This document shows, piece by piece, positions 13,758 through 26,539 of a stretch of 64,000 nt of DNA (its first letter is position 1; every line of letters starts with the position of its first letter). The position numbers were made by a program, and so were the translations under genes. The notes below the pieces were generated by a model, which was given only the letters and a program-made list of their open reading frames with translations, had not been told where the DNA came from and made no database searches. Origin of the DNA: Lama glama (lineage: Eukaryota); assembly GCA_028534125.1 (NCBI GenBank), contig CM052816.1:75456001-75520000 (forward strand), written 5' to 3'.

Positions 13758-15087
13758 TTCTGACTTCTTTAAGAAGTTTCACAGTCTGGAAGCTGAGTAA
13801 GTTCCATATTGCTCCATCTCACTGAAGCAGTCTATTAGTCCTGACAATTGGTTAGTCCAGTTAAATTCATTTCAGAAGGAGGAATACAAGTGGGCTCTCA
13901 AAGTTAAGCCCACAAGGTACAAGCAATCAGGTATTTAATAAGAGACTTTTCTATGGGGACTAAACAACAACAACAAAGGTTAATAGTTGGAGCAAATTAT
14001 AAACCAATTTCTGAGCCTAGGGGGAAGGCAGTCAAGAGGATTTCTAAATGTCAGTGTCAAAGTATATTTTGCAATTTGAAATGTCTCTGGCGATGTCACT
14101 GGGTGTTGAGGTAAACTTTCTAAGTGGCTTATACAGCAACAGGCATGAAGAGTGTCTAAACATGGGTTATTCTGGTGGCCTCTCTTAAGTTTGTATTAAA
14201 TTGTTCAGCTTCAGCCTGAAGGGCTTCAGAAAAAGAGTAGCTTTAGTTCTCAATGATTCTAAGTCAAAAGTAGGAGAAAAATTGAAAATATAAGTTTGGA
14301 CAGTTGTACCCAAATATTTAGGAAACTAGGGATCCAGTTCAGTTTACAGGTGGAAAAAACCCGCAAAAAATAAGTAACAGAACTGGAATTTAATGTCCAC
14401 AAGAGTGTTATGGTTTATAATTTTTTTCTCTCTAAAATCACCTCATTTCTATCAAAGATAACCAAAATAAGATAATTTGTTTGCAAAGTAAGTTTAGTTT
14501 CATTAAACTTGGCCTTATTATTCACATTAAGTCCATCAAGAATAGCAAATTGACCATATAGCTCTTTTAAATCACTTGTCTGGAACTCTTCATAAGAAAT
14601 CGCCAGATTGAATGTTTAATAGCCTCTCAAGGCTAAGAAGCCAAGCCAAATATTTGTCATCAGATTTAGCTTGTAATACCTATGAATTTGGGTGAATTCC
14701 TCTCTGAAGATCCTCAAAATATACTGAGGTTCTTGTTCTTGCCAGGAAGTAATCTTTATTCCCTAGTGAGGCTACTGGGAACCCTGTAAGTAAAGTGCCA
14801 GGCTGTTCTTCCAAGGGGCTGTATGGCTTCATAAAGTCAATCTTAGTTCATTAAAACTGTCTGGTCTTCCTGATTCTGTGCACATTCTCAAGTATGACTT
14901 TCCAGTCAAAGCTTTGGTAATGTAATCAATGTTTCCAACTGTGTCCTGTTACAAGAATAGGTTTTTAGTGAATTTATGTAAATAACTGTATTGCCATGAA
15001 AATAAGAATACTCACTAAGAGTTTCCAAACTCTGAAGTATCAGATAGGAAGAAAAAGATAAATACTTCCATTCTGCTTACAAATTTA

Positions 15088-15333
15088 TTTTTTTAGCATT
15101 TTTTATTGATTTATAATAATTTTACAATGTTGTGTCAATTCCAGTGTAGAGCACAATTTTTCGGTTATACATGAACATATATATATTCATTGTCACATTT
15201 TTTTCTCTGTGAGCTACCGTAAGACCTTGTGTATATTTCCCTGTGCTATACAGTATAATCTTGTTTATCTATTCTACATTTTGAAATTCCAGTCTATCCC
15301 TTCCCACCCCCCGCCCCCTTGGCAACCACAAGT
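15088..15333 (-). mobile_element. L1 3'-end insertion nested in the ERV relic
   Basis: Poly(T) plus antisense L1 3' UTR. Approximate TSD ttacaaattta (15077-15087) / ttataaattta (15334-15344). Confidence 0.8.
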
Positions 15334-16466
15334 TTATAAATTTATAATTTACCAAATTGCTGTAAATCATAGTTAGCTTGAGAGGAAAGGTTTCTTTATA
15401 TCTGGAAAACAAAGATTAAAATGTCAGTAACATTTCAGACAAAAAGTCATAAAACAGTAATCATATTCATTAGTTCTTTCAGTTTTACATAATTAATTCT
15501 TATTGATATTGACCTTTTGTTAGCAGTTTTATGAAGCCATCAAGTTTTCCATCAGAGTGCTATAATTTCTTACCCAGTTCAGTGGTATGATCTGAAGGTT
15601 ATCAGAAACCTATATTTGTCAAAAAGTCCTCTGTATGAATTTTCTTGGAGATGAAGTGTTTCTGCAGAAGCATCTGAGTAAAACAGTAGCTGTCTATAAA
15701 TGACAAAAGACTTATAATGGCATGGATAAATATCTGATTCATTATAATGCAACTGACAAAGAAATTTGATTATTTCTGTGTCATGTAATATTTTAAGATA
15801 ATAACTAGAATTATAACTGATAAAAATTGTACCAGATTTTTAGGAATTTCCTATAATTTTTAGAGCACTTACATTAATAGCATTTACCCATACAATATAA
15901 CCTAAGAATGTTTATCATCACTTATTTGATAGCACTTTCCATGTAATTCTACATGCCAAATAAGCCTAGTTAGTTTAGTATTTTTCTGGGATTTTCCAGG
16001 AGCTCTCTGAAAAATTTCAAAGTTAGCTAGAGGGCCAAAGTACTTTATTTAGAATTTGACTGGGAGAAGTTTGTCAAAAATACCAAAAGGTTTTAAAACA
16101 CTAGGATCATAGTTCACTGTGAAACAATACTGAGTTACCCACTTAATCAAAGTGACAATAAAAGATTTCAAAATCAAGTACAGAAAGCTGCAACAAATTA
16201 CTTAGAAGGTAAAGAAGCTTTTACAAACTGTTCTCAAAAGCAGATTAATAGTTCAAGAAAACTTTTTCCTCTTAACAGAGAGAGAAAACCAAATTCCAGT
16301 TTTATATCAGCTTACTTTTGATATTAAAATCATTCGCTCAATAAATGAATAAAATTTGTTTACTCAGTTAAATTCAATCTAATCTTAGGCAGTCCTGACC
16401 ACACACAGGACTCCTTTCTCTGAGTTCCTTTTCTATAAACCTTTTTACAACTGGATTTTCTCCCAT

Positions 16467-16498
16467 GTTCTCTCTCTCTCTCTCTCTCTCCCCTCTCT
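16467..16498. repeat. (CT)n microsatellite
   Basis: Direct tctctc run. Confidence 0.9.
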
Positions 16499-17254
16499 AT
16501 TTGCTCTTCAACACCTCTTTAGGGAAAAATTACTTTCTTTTCTCTTAACAAACATGCATTTTCATTCCTTACACTTTAAAAAAAGTTTCCCTGCATGCAA
16601 AGATGTTTTCCTTAGTAATTTTAGTAGTTTAAATTATATATGTTAAGTAGAATTCTTAACTTTTAGGAGCCTTAACTTCTAGTGAAAACTAAGAGGTAAG
16701 CAATTGTGAATTGTTTATTATACATGTATTTTTTGATTGACAAACTTATTACTACATTTCATAATTTCTAGAAATACACATTTCCTCATAGCATAATTTT
16801 TTCAATGTGGTACAACATGTTTACTAAAAGGCTTAAATATCTTTAGTTTTAAACTAACACAACATTGTAAATCAACTTCAGTTATGTTTAACTATATAAG
16901 TAGATCATTTTAATAAAATATTAAAATGAAATTTTCAAGAATGCTTATTAGATCCTTGGTCTTTTTTTAAGCTAGTTTATAAAAAGAACTTTATTCTAAT
17001 TATAGTTAAAACATCAGTAAATCTGTTAAAGAAAAATAAGCATAACAGAATAATTTGGAGTGGCCATGGGAACGAGAATACTGAAACATAATAACAAACA
17101 AAATAAAACATGTTCCACTAGAGAGCAGACAACCCCTAATTCCCTTTTCACCATATATTTGTTGTATTTACTTGTCTAATTGCTAACGTATGCAGGGCCT
17201 TAGATTCTCCTTTATATTATTAATATATTAATACTTTACCTGCATAAAGATGAG

Positions 17255-18882
17255 GGTTGTGCAAATGGCCATCATGTACACAAAATGGTGCTCAGCATCA
17301 TTAACCATAAGGAAAATGCAAATTAAAACCACAATGAGATATCACATCACACTGATTAGAATGACTATTATCAAGACGACAAGAGATTAAATGTTGGCAA
17401 AGATGTGGAGAAAGGGCACCCTTGTGCACTGTTGGTACAGCCATTATAGGAAACAGTATAGAGTTTCCTCAAAAAATTGAAAATGGAACTTACCATATGA
17501 TTCAGCAATTCCATGTCTGCATATATATCGAAAGAAAATGAAAACAGGATATCAAAAGATATTTATACTCCCATGTTCATTGCAGCATTAGTCAAAATAG
17601 CCAAGATAGGGAAACAACCTGTGTCCATCCATGGATGAATGGACAAAGATGGTGTGGTGTAAATATAACGGAATGTTACCTAGCCATGAGCAAGAAGGAA
17701 TTCCTGTCATTTGCATACATAGATGAACCCTGCAGGAAGGCATTATGCAAATGAAGTAAATCAGGCAGAGAAAATGTAATTCAAAAACCACAATGAGATA
17801 TCACCTCACTATAAATACTGCATACAATCTCTTATATGTGAAATCTTAAAAGAAAAAAGTCAAACTATTAGAAACAGAGAGTAGAAAAGTGGTTGCTAAG
17901 GACTGGGGAGTGGATGGGGGATTTAGGAAGAGGTCAGTAAAAGGGTATGAACTTTCTGCTATAAGACGAAAAAGATCTGAGGATGTAGTATAAAACGTGA
18001 TGACTATAGTTGATAACACTGTATAATTATAATTGAAATTTGCTAAGAGAGCAGAATTTAAATGTTCTCACGAAAAAGTAAAGAAATACACAAGGTGTTG
18101 TTGGATATGTTAATTAGCTAGATGGTGGGAATCCTTTTGTTTTTGAGTTCAGTGCTGACCATTCACAGAGATAGTGAAGATAGCAATGGTCTTTGGACTC
18201 TTTTATTATTATTATAATTAAAGTATAGTTATTTACAATATTGTGTTAGTTTCAGGTATGCAGTAAACTGATTCAACTATATATATTTTTCAGATTATTT
18301 TCCCTTGAAGGTTACTACAAGACATTGAATAGGTTCTCTGTTATACAGTAAATCCTTGTTGCTCATCTATTTTTTGTGTAGTAGTTTCTGTTGATCCCAA
18401 ACTCCTAATTTATCCCTCCCCCCATTTCCCCTTTGGTAACTATAAGTTTGTTTTCTATCTCGAGTCTGTTTCTGTTTTGTAAATAAGTTCATTTGTATCA
18501 ATTTTTTTGATTCCACATATAAGTGATATCATGTAATATTTGTCTTTCTCTACCTGACGAACTTCACTTACTATGATATTACTTTAAGTCCATCCATATT
18601 GCTGCAAATGGCAATATTTTATTCTTTTTTATAGCTTGGTATTATTTCATCATGTATATATATACACCACATCTTCTTAAACCAGTCATCTGTTGATGGA
18701 CACTTCAGTTGTTTCCATGTCTTGGCTATTGTAAATAGTGCTGCTATAAACATTGGGGTGCATGCGCAGTGGGAATTCTTTTAAAATGTGTACTTATATC
18801 ACCAAATCACCACAATGTGCACTTAAAATATCTTAAAATTTTATTTGCCAATTATACCTCAATAAAGTTAGGGGAAAAAAAG
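17255..18882 (+). mobile_element. Older L1 (L1MA-type) 3' fragment interrupted by a younger L1
   Basis: ORF2-end and 3' UTR sequence ending tacctcaataaagttaggggaaaaaaa. The host sequence resumes after the second TSD copy at 18782. Confidence 0.85.
18139..18768 (-). mobile_element. Younger antisense L1 3' fragment nested in the older L1
   Basis: Reverse-complement L1 3' UTR. TSD gtgggaatcctttt (18125-18138) / gtgggaattctttt (18769-18782). Confidence 0.85.
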
Positions 18883-19615
18883 ATTTCAGCATCCTTTCTA
18901 GCTTGAAGAAACCTCCACTCTTTATCTGTCTCCCTCCATTCTACTTACTAAATCCTTACTTATCTAATACATCTTAACGCAAATGTTTGTCCTCCATCCT
19001 TTCCTGACCTCCAAATCTAAATTCCATATCCTTTATACTTTCTCATAGTACCATATTATTTTATGGCACTTATCATATTTTATTATATATTTTTAAAGTT
19101 ATTACTTAAAATTATCTAATTTATTATACACTTTTAATTTTTTCAATATTGGTTTTGCCTAGTACTGTAAGTAAGCTCATGAGGGCAATATTTGTTTTAT
19201 TCATAGTTATATTCAGGGTTTAACCCATTCCCTAATACATAGGAGGCACTCCAAGAAAATTTCCACAATAAACCTGGAAAACAGATTTTTTTTAAATACT
19301 TTCAAATGGAGGATGAGTTGGGAAATAATTTGAATTCATTATCAATGCTCTTAAAATCAAATTTTGATAGATTGGTAAGAAAAAGTAGCTTTTTATCAGA
19401 TCATAAAAAGAGTAAACACAACTAAACAATGTCTCACTTTTGCAAGTATTTGAAAATACATCAAGAAATCAAGAAACTTAGTTTTCTTGTATCACACACT
19501 ATCTCATGTCAACAGAAGTTGAGTTTTCTTGCCACCATAAGACTATCTTTTGTCATCATTTATAAAAAAAATACAACAATTCATCAGAGTTCACTCATTT
19601 TAAGACATGACCTCC

Positions 19616-20120
19616 TGTAGTATAAACCCTGACAGGTGTGAAGGTTTGGGGGTTTTTCCATTTTTGTTTTTTTGTAATGCAGGTGCCTGACTTAAGCTTT
19701 GATTGCCAAGGTATCCACTTCCAGGAAGTCTATCTTCAAAGAAGTCTATCTCAAATAAACACACTGCCAGTCACATGACTAGATAAAACTCCAGGCCACC
19801 TACCCAACTGAGACTCCTTTGTTTTAAGTCACAATTTTTCTCTTCCCAAGCTTTAAAATCTCGCTTTTATGGTTTAAATTCACCAATAAAGATTGAGCCC
19901 GTGAAACCATAGGCCCCACCCTTGACCCCAATAAAGGAAGAACCCCAAGAACTTGCTCACTCTCTCTATCCAAGACCTCACTGTGTGGCCCCAGGTGTGC
20001 TGCGTAATTCCCAGTTTCTGTAAGTAACGAACCTTTATTTTTTCAAAGTTTCCTGTTGGTTATAGCTGTAGGGCACCTTGCAGTCATAATAAGAACCACA
20101 AGGCTGGTCCAGCCACAACA
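19616..20120 (+). mobile_element. Probable solo LTR; 5' boundary uncertain
   Basis: TG...CA bounded, ~500 bp, internal aataaa boxes, and an LTR-like U5 ending ccagccacaaca. No clean TSD found. Confidence 0.55.
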
Positions 20121-22172
20121 TTGGTAGCCGATGGGCTCAGACCTACACATGACATCTCCCCAAACACTTTAAGTCGTTCAGTTCATTCTTTCATTTTCCT
20201 CTCTGCTTTGCACACAGACCTAATAATATGTAGAAGGGCCATCAGGAACTGCTGGGGTGAAAACGCTGTATATGTCCTGTTAATGGCTTTTCAGGGGTCC
20301 AAACATTTGAGTAAAACAACTTTCCCCTTAAAGCTCTTGAAGAAAAATGACATTTATTTGTATGATGCAAGTTGTTTACATTTAGCCAACACAACATTCC
20401 TTCCTTTGCCTTGCAGCCTCAAACTTAACCGAGACCCCGGTGATCTCTTACATGGACATCTTTCTTTCTTTGTTCCGTACTTCAGATAATGCGTTATGCC
20501 CAGAGGATCACATTGCAGCTACTATTAGCTTTTCAGTAGTTTTCCACAGTCTCAGTATTCAGATAAAAATTTTCCCTCAAAGCACTTCTTTAGAACAATC
20601 TCAAGGACCATGTATCTTTCCCCATAGCTTTTATTGCCTCAGTCATTAGCTACTCACAACCCCGAAGATAAACAGTATTCAATGCAGCCGACTCAGCTCT
20701 CTCAGCAACTATATCTGAACTTTGGATGGCCTTTCTCTCTCAGCCTCTTCCCTTCTGTCTCATAGATTGATCCTAGAGGGCTCCATCTCAAGGAAGCTAT
20801 CCCGATTTGGAAGAACAATTTGTAGCTTTCACATTCCACACTACCCTAGGAAATAGAATAAATCATTTTTAGGAAATATTTAACTAACTTATTAATTTCT
20901 ACAGTTGCTGGTGGTTGTATATAACTCATAGGAAGTAAGCATTATGCACCATTGACTTAACTGTGGGCAGGCTCAGTGCTGACATCAGCCAGGATACGTG
21001 ATGTGGATGAACTGGACAGGGTTCACTCTGATTGCACAGTGCCGTATCAGACAGTTGTTTGAACATCTCTTTTGAAATTGTTTGCAATTGCAATTGTTTG
21101 AAAAATAAACAAAATTTATCATAGTTAAGGATCATATGTTTGCAAGTAACGAAATTATATGCAAAATATCATAAACAAAAAATATATATAACTTTTTGAA
21201 AGGAAGAGGGTATCTTACGGCATTCATGGGCAGGAGGTGCAGCTAGGCCTCATGAGGGACATTTACCCTCTCTGAGTACACTTCTTCAAGTCCCAACTTC
21301 ACTCTTCCTCTCTGCAGTGAGGCATTCTCTGCTTCTCTTTGCGCATGACTTTAGTAAGCTTCCCACTATGTCTAACTAGAGTCTCGGAATCCCAATCCCC
21401 AAACTTGACACATGAAATCCAATTGATTCCTGCCCAATAGGGGCCCATCAGCCTTGTCCAAGAAGCAGACTCATGAGACCTGCAGCCAGCACGGCAGGTC
21501 CCAGAAGATTTGTTTTTTTTGAGATGAGAATGGACAGATTTTCTCCCAGAAAGCATAGGAGCAGAAGCAAATAGAGGCAGAGAGAGTGACCTACATTTTT
21601 TGAAAATACCATATTTTAATAAATATTAACTAGGTGTTTCTAAAAAGCTATATAATTTGTATATTTATTTTGTTTGTATTCTCTCTCCTCCAACTGCCGA
21701 TTTTATGAAGGCAGGATATTTTTTCTGTTTTGTTCACTGTTCAAGTGCCTAGAATAGTGCCTTGCAGTAAATTGTTGCTGAATGAATGAATAAAAGGCCT
21801 TGGATAATGATAATGGTGGTGATTATAGTGAGTGTAACCTAGAAACAAGAGAATAAGTGAATGTATGTACAAGGGAGAGTATGACTTCTGTGATAGATTT
21901 CTTATAATTTTCAGTACTCCTCACATTCATTTTTTCTAACCCACTATTATTTTTTTATCAGCTAAAGTTTTTGAAAGAACTAACCAAACTTAGTCATCTT
22001 TTTATTTTTAAGTTTCAACATAATGTCTGGTATATAATGGGTACTCAGTGAATATTTATGGATTGATTAGAATAAGTGAATAGATATTTATTACTCATAT
22101 GACATTTTGAAAAGTGTTTTGCAAGCCATAATATGAGATTGTTATTGTCATCATAGTGGAGTTTTAGGAAAA

Positions 22173-22534
22173 TGCTGTAGATTGAATGTTTGTGTCCCTA
22201 CAATATTCGTCTATTGAAACCTAATCCCCAATGTGATGGTGTTTGGAGGTGGGGCCTTTGGAGATGATTGGGTTACGGGAGTGGAGCCATCATGAGTCGA
22301 GGTTAGTGCCTTTACAAGGGATCTCAGACGGCAATCTTGCTCCTTCCACTCTGTGAGGGTACAGGGAGAAGACTGCCACCTATGAACTGGGAAGTGGGCT
22401 CTCATCAGACACCCAATCTGCTGGCACCCTGATTTTGTATTTCCCAGCCTCCGGAACTGTGAGGAATAAATTTCTATTGATAAGCCACCCAGCCTCCGAC
22501 ATTTTTGTTTCAATAGCCCAAACTGAGTAAGACA
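22173..22534 (+). mobile_element. MaLR solo LTR, MLT1A-like
   Basis: tgctgtagattgaatgtttgtgtcc...ggtggggcctttgg...ccagcctccggaactgtgaggaataaatttc...taagaca matches the recalled MLT1A layout. Confidence 0.85.
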
Positions 22535-25204
22535 GGAAATTACCTTGGTAACAGTGGCTAAGATTCATCGGTACAACTAGAGGTCAAGAAGCAAACTAGG
22601 AAGCTGACCCAAGAGTTTAGACAAGACTTCCTTGATCTTAAGCAGCTTTTTTGTTGCATTTTTCCAGAAGGTGTATTGAAAACTTATCTAGATTCCTCTA
22701 TAATCCTAGAAGAGGCAAAACTTGGTTTTTGAGGTTTGCCTTGTTTTATCTTAAAATAGATACCTAGTATATACATGTCTATATGTTAACCCAATTTTAG
22801 ATTAGGAGTCTAACTAGCATTTCATTTTTGTTTTTATTCCAAAAAATCACCAAAGGGTTTATTCAATTCAATATCATCACTATGCATTGATCAGTAATTC
22901 AATAAGTACATAAATAAAAGCAACTCTTCAAGCACTTTGCTGCAGGAAAGATCGTTGTTTCTTATGTCAAAAGAATGAGAATATACATAGTGAATTTTAT
23001 CTAAGGACATATATGTAAAGGCATAATGTAGAATTCAGGAATTTTCTTGCAAATTCATTGTGTATAGACAACTTAATTCAATTAACATTTAACTTCCATG
23101 TTAATCAACTATAAAGGTGAATATTATTCAGGTCCTGTCATTAGGGAACTTTGAATACATTAAATGGAGTAAGAGTGAGTGGAAGATAATACAACATACA
23201 AATAATATCTGGCAATATCAGGTGAGTCCTATATAAAAGTTAAAAAAAATACTATGTAAGTTTAAAGGATGAAGGAATCATATAGTATCTGATCTTAAGG
23301 GTGAAACTGTTTATAAAATATAGAGAAGTTTAAGGAAGAAATACATTTGAAATGGCTCTAGAAGAACAGATACACAGTACACTAATACTTCAGATTTTGA
23401 AATTGAGGAATAAAAAGTTTCAAGAAAGAAATACAATGGCAGGAGAAAATGTAGCCCATTTTGAGGAACATCAAGTTATCAATTTAGCTGAACAATGGAG
23501 TATACAAAGGGAAGGAGAGAAAATAAGTCTACAGAAGTAATGTAGGATCAAATTGCTCAGGGCTTTAAAAATTGGGTATTAGGATTCTGTTCCTAATTCA
23601 TGGGTCTTCCAAAAAGAGCAACATTGAGGTTTTAAATAGCGTTGTGCCCCTGGGAGGTGAGCTCTAGAATGACTAGCCTGGCAGAATAGTTCACAAAGAA
23701 TTACAGGAAGAGTCCTAAGACTCAGAGACCAGTTAAGCCACTGATACAATCTTCTAGGTGTGTGTTCATTAGGGCTAGAGGTGGAGCTATAGCTATAGAT
23801 ATGGTGAACAGGTGGAAAAGATGGAAGACAAGAGACACTTCAGAGGTAACAGCTACAGGATTTAGTATCTAGTAGACTAGAGGAAGTAGGGGAAAGAGGA
23901 TGTCATCATTGTGATACGATGTTCTATTTGGATACTATTAGTGAACATTAGAATGCAGAGATCAGCGGACTAGGAAGCCATCAATACGAAGGAGCTAGAT
24001 AACGCCATGGAAGATAAAATATCTTATGAAAGAAAAGAGGGCAAAGGTTAGAATTCCAGGTGGGTGTAAGAAAAGAATTATAAAGAAGGGAAGAGAAGGA
24101 TTTCCTGAGAAAAAGATGCATTGTACCATGTTCAAGAAGCCAATAAAGGATTGAGAAGTAGTCATTCAATTTGGCAATAGAAAGTCATTGAGAGACTAGT
24201 TCTTGTAGGCTGGCTATATTAATAACCCAGATTGCAAAGGGTGAAGTTAATGTGGAGTAGATGGTAAGAAATTAAATGTAATGAATTTAGACTATCCTAA
24301 TAATTTTAGTAGCAAAGGAAAAGAGGAAAAGTGCTTGGTAGCCTAAGGTCCAAAGCAAACTTCTATTTTTTCTATTTGAGACTTTTGATCTATGATTCTC
24401 CAAGTGAAATAATTTAATGTGCAATTTCACTTTATCTACTCACACACTGACTGACAAAGTACACTCTAAAGGGGTTGTGAAATGGACAGGGTCAGTAATC
24501 TTGGCTCTAATGAGAAATTATAGTATTTTTGCTATAATAATTAGTTGGCATGTGAATGCTTAGCATATGAAAAAGCCTTCAGACAGCAGCTTCCACTATT
24601 CATTATCTTACATCGGGGTTATTTTCTTTGCAGAAAATACCATTTGGCTGTGAATCTATAATCATTAGGAGAGGAATAAAGATTTTTAACAGAATACATA
24701 TTCTCCTTCTGGACTATTGCTCCTTCTGATCATTGCTCCATCTTAACTTTCCATGTCCAGGCTCTAATTTCCTCCCACACCCTCTGTGCCTTTACAATTA
24801 AAGCTGTTTCCACTGGTCAGTCTACATTTAAGCTCACCAGCAAATTTTTACATTGAAAATAGGGAGCATTTTGTGTGAAAAGGCATTCCATGTCACCAGC
24901 CTATACTTTAGAAAGCCTGCAGTTGCTTCAATAGCTCAGCTGGCAAACTTCATAGTATGTTTTGTTTCTCAGCAGCATGCATCTAAGTATTGTTTAGAGA
25001 GCATTCAGATTCTCCCACAGAGACAGATCCGAACATAATTGTACACAAGCATTCAGTTCCTAGCTCTGGAACGATCGCCCATTCATCAGATCCAAGTAAG
25101 ACCACTTCTGCTTCCCAAAGCCAACCGGGTACTGTGGCTGTATTGATCAGATCAGGTATCTTTTGTGTTGCAGAGTTCAGAAAACTTTTAAAGTAACGGA
25201 CCAC

Positions 25205-25388
25205 ATAGTCAATTGTTTGTGCTTTACAGGCTAGGTAGTGTCCGATGCAATGACTCAGTCCTACTGTTGTACTGCAAAAGCAGCCACAGACAACGACGAA
25301 CTGTGTGACTTTATTCCTGTAAGACTCTATTTACAATACAGGCATCAGGCTAGATTTGCTTCCCTGGCTGTAGTTTGCCCATCTCTGC
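25205..25388 (-). mobile_element. MER58A-like hAT MITE fragment
   Basis: Similar to the reverse complement of the copy at 58683-58953; ends gtagtttgcccatctctg. Confidence 0.6.
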
Positions 25389-26539
25389 TCGAGAATGGAC
25401 CCTGAATGTAATATGTCATTTAACCACCCATGAGCATGAGGACCCAAGATGGGGAATCCAAATACATCATAGAAAAGATGCAAGGTTCTCAGCTGATGCC
25501 AGGTCAGTTCTAGTACTTGGGTTACAGACATTTGCATTCTATCTCAGGAATTCCTCTATACCACCTTCAACTCTCTCCACCTGTGTTTTTCCTGTGCTGT
25601 GACACACAACTTTCTCACTTCTCTGTCCTTCTCAGAGCCCACATTAATTAACAACCCCATTTGATTTCATCCTGTTGGCTCCTGACTCTCACCTCTCTGA
25701 GTCTGACTTTTTAGCATTTTCCCTTAACTCCTAACCCCATGACCTTAGGAAAAATGTATTTAATTTTAGGGCTTCAAAGAACCATCTAGAAAAAGAAGTA
25801 CACACATTTAAATGATACATTTTCTTGCCCAGTCATAAGATATTTTCCCTCTTGTTTATTGTCTCAGATACTCCTGGGTGAAACTGCTACACCACCACAA
25901 AGTGTCTTCAACACTGGTCTGTAGGACACCACTCTTCTTTCCTTCTCAGCCTAAACTTTGAACCTTTGAAGTCTCAATATAGTGTAGGAGAAAGAAGGCA
26001 GGTCTATATTCTGGATCTGACTTGCTTTGGTCTTGGGCAAGTCACTACTAAGCCTGTTAAAGCAAGTTATCTTGGAGTACTGACTCCCTGCTGTGCTTCT
26101 AAGAATCTTTAGACCCACCGAGATAATCACTCTCTACCACTTGGTGAAAGTTTAAGTCTTCCAAAGAATATTTGTTTTAACTATTTTCCATATTGAGGAT
26201 TTAATTAGTATTTTTTAAAGCATTTTCTACCATTTTGGGGAAAAGTTTGAAAAACATTTCTTTTACACATAAGGAAACAGTTTCAATGAAGTAAGGTGAC
26301 CTGTTGACAGTCATGTAGCTGGTTATTGCAGAGCTGAGAGTGAGATATGTCCCTACATTCTCAATCCTTAGTTCTCTTTTTATTTTTTTTCTTCTATTGC
26401 ACCATTATGTTTAGCTTCACCTTAGCATAATATCCATATTAGCCAATCTCAAACTATATTGTGAACCTTTCGTAGAATCATAACTGTCACTAGATGTAAA
26501 GAGCCCACTTGACCATTACTGTTTTAAATCTTTCCAGAT

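Larger units (their letters stand above)
13758..16850 (-). mobile_element. Non-coding ERV1 (MER4-group-like) internal sequence; end approximate
   Basis: Contiguous with the LTR, with texture typical of MER4-group internal regions. No intact gag/pol/env ORF in the track. Confidence 0.55.

Noticed and set aside
23000..24300. Purine-rich stretches here and at ~1470-2400
   Set aside because: Consistent with highly decayed L2 relics; too diverged to delimit, so not listed as features.
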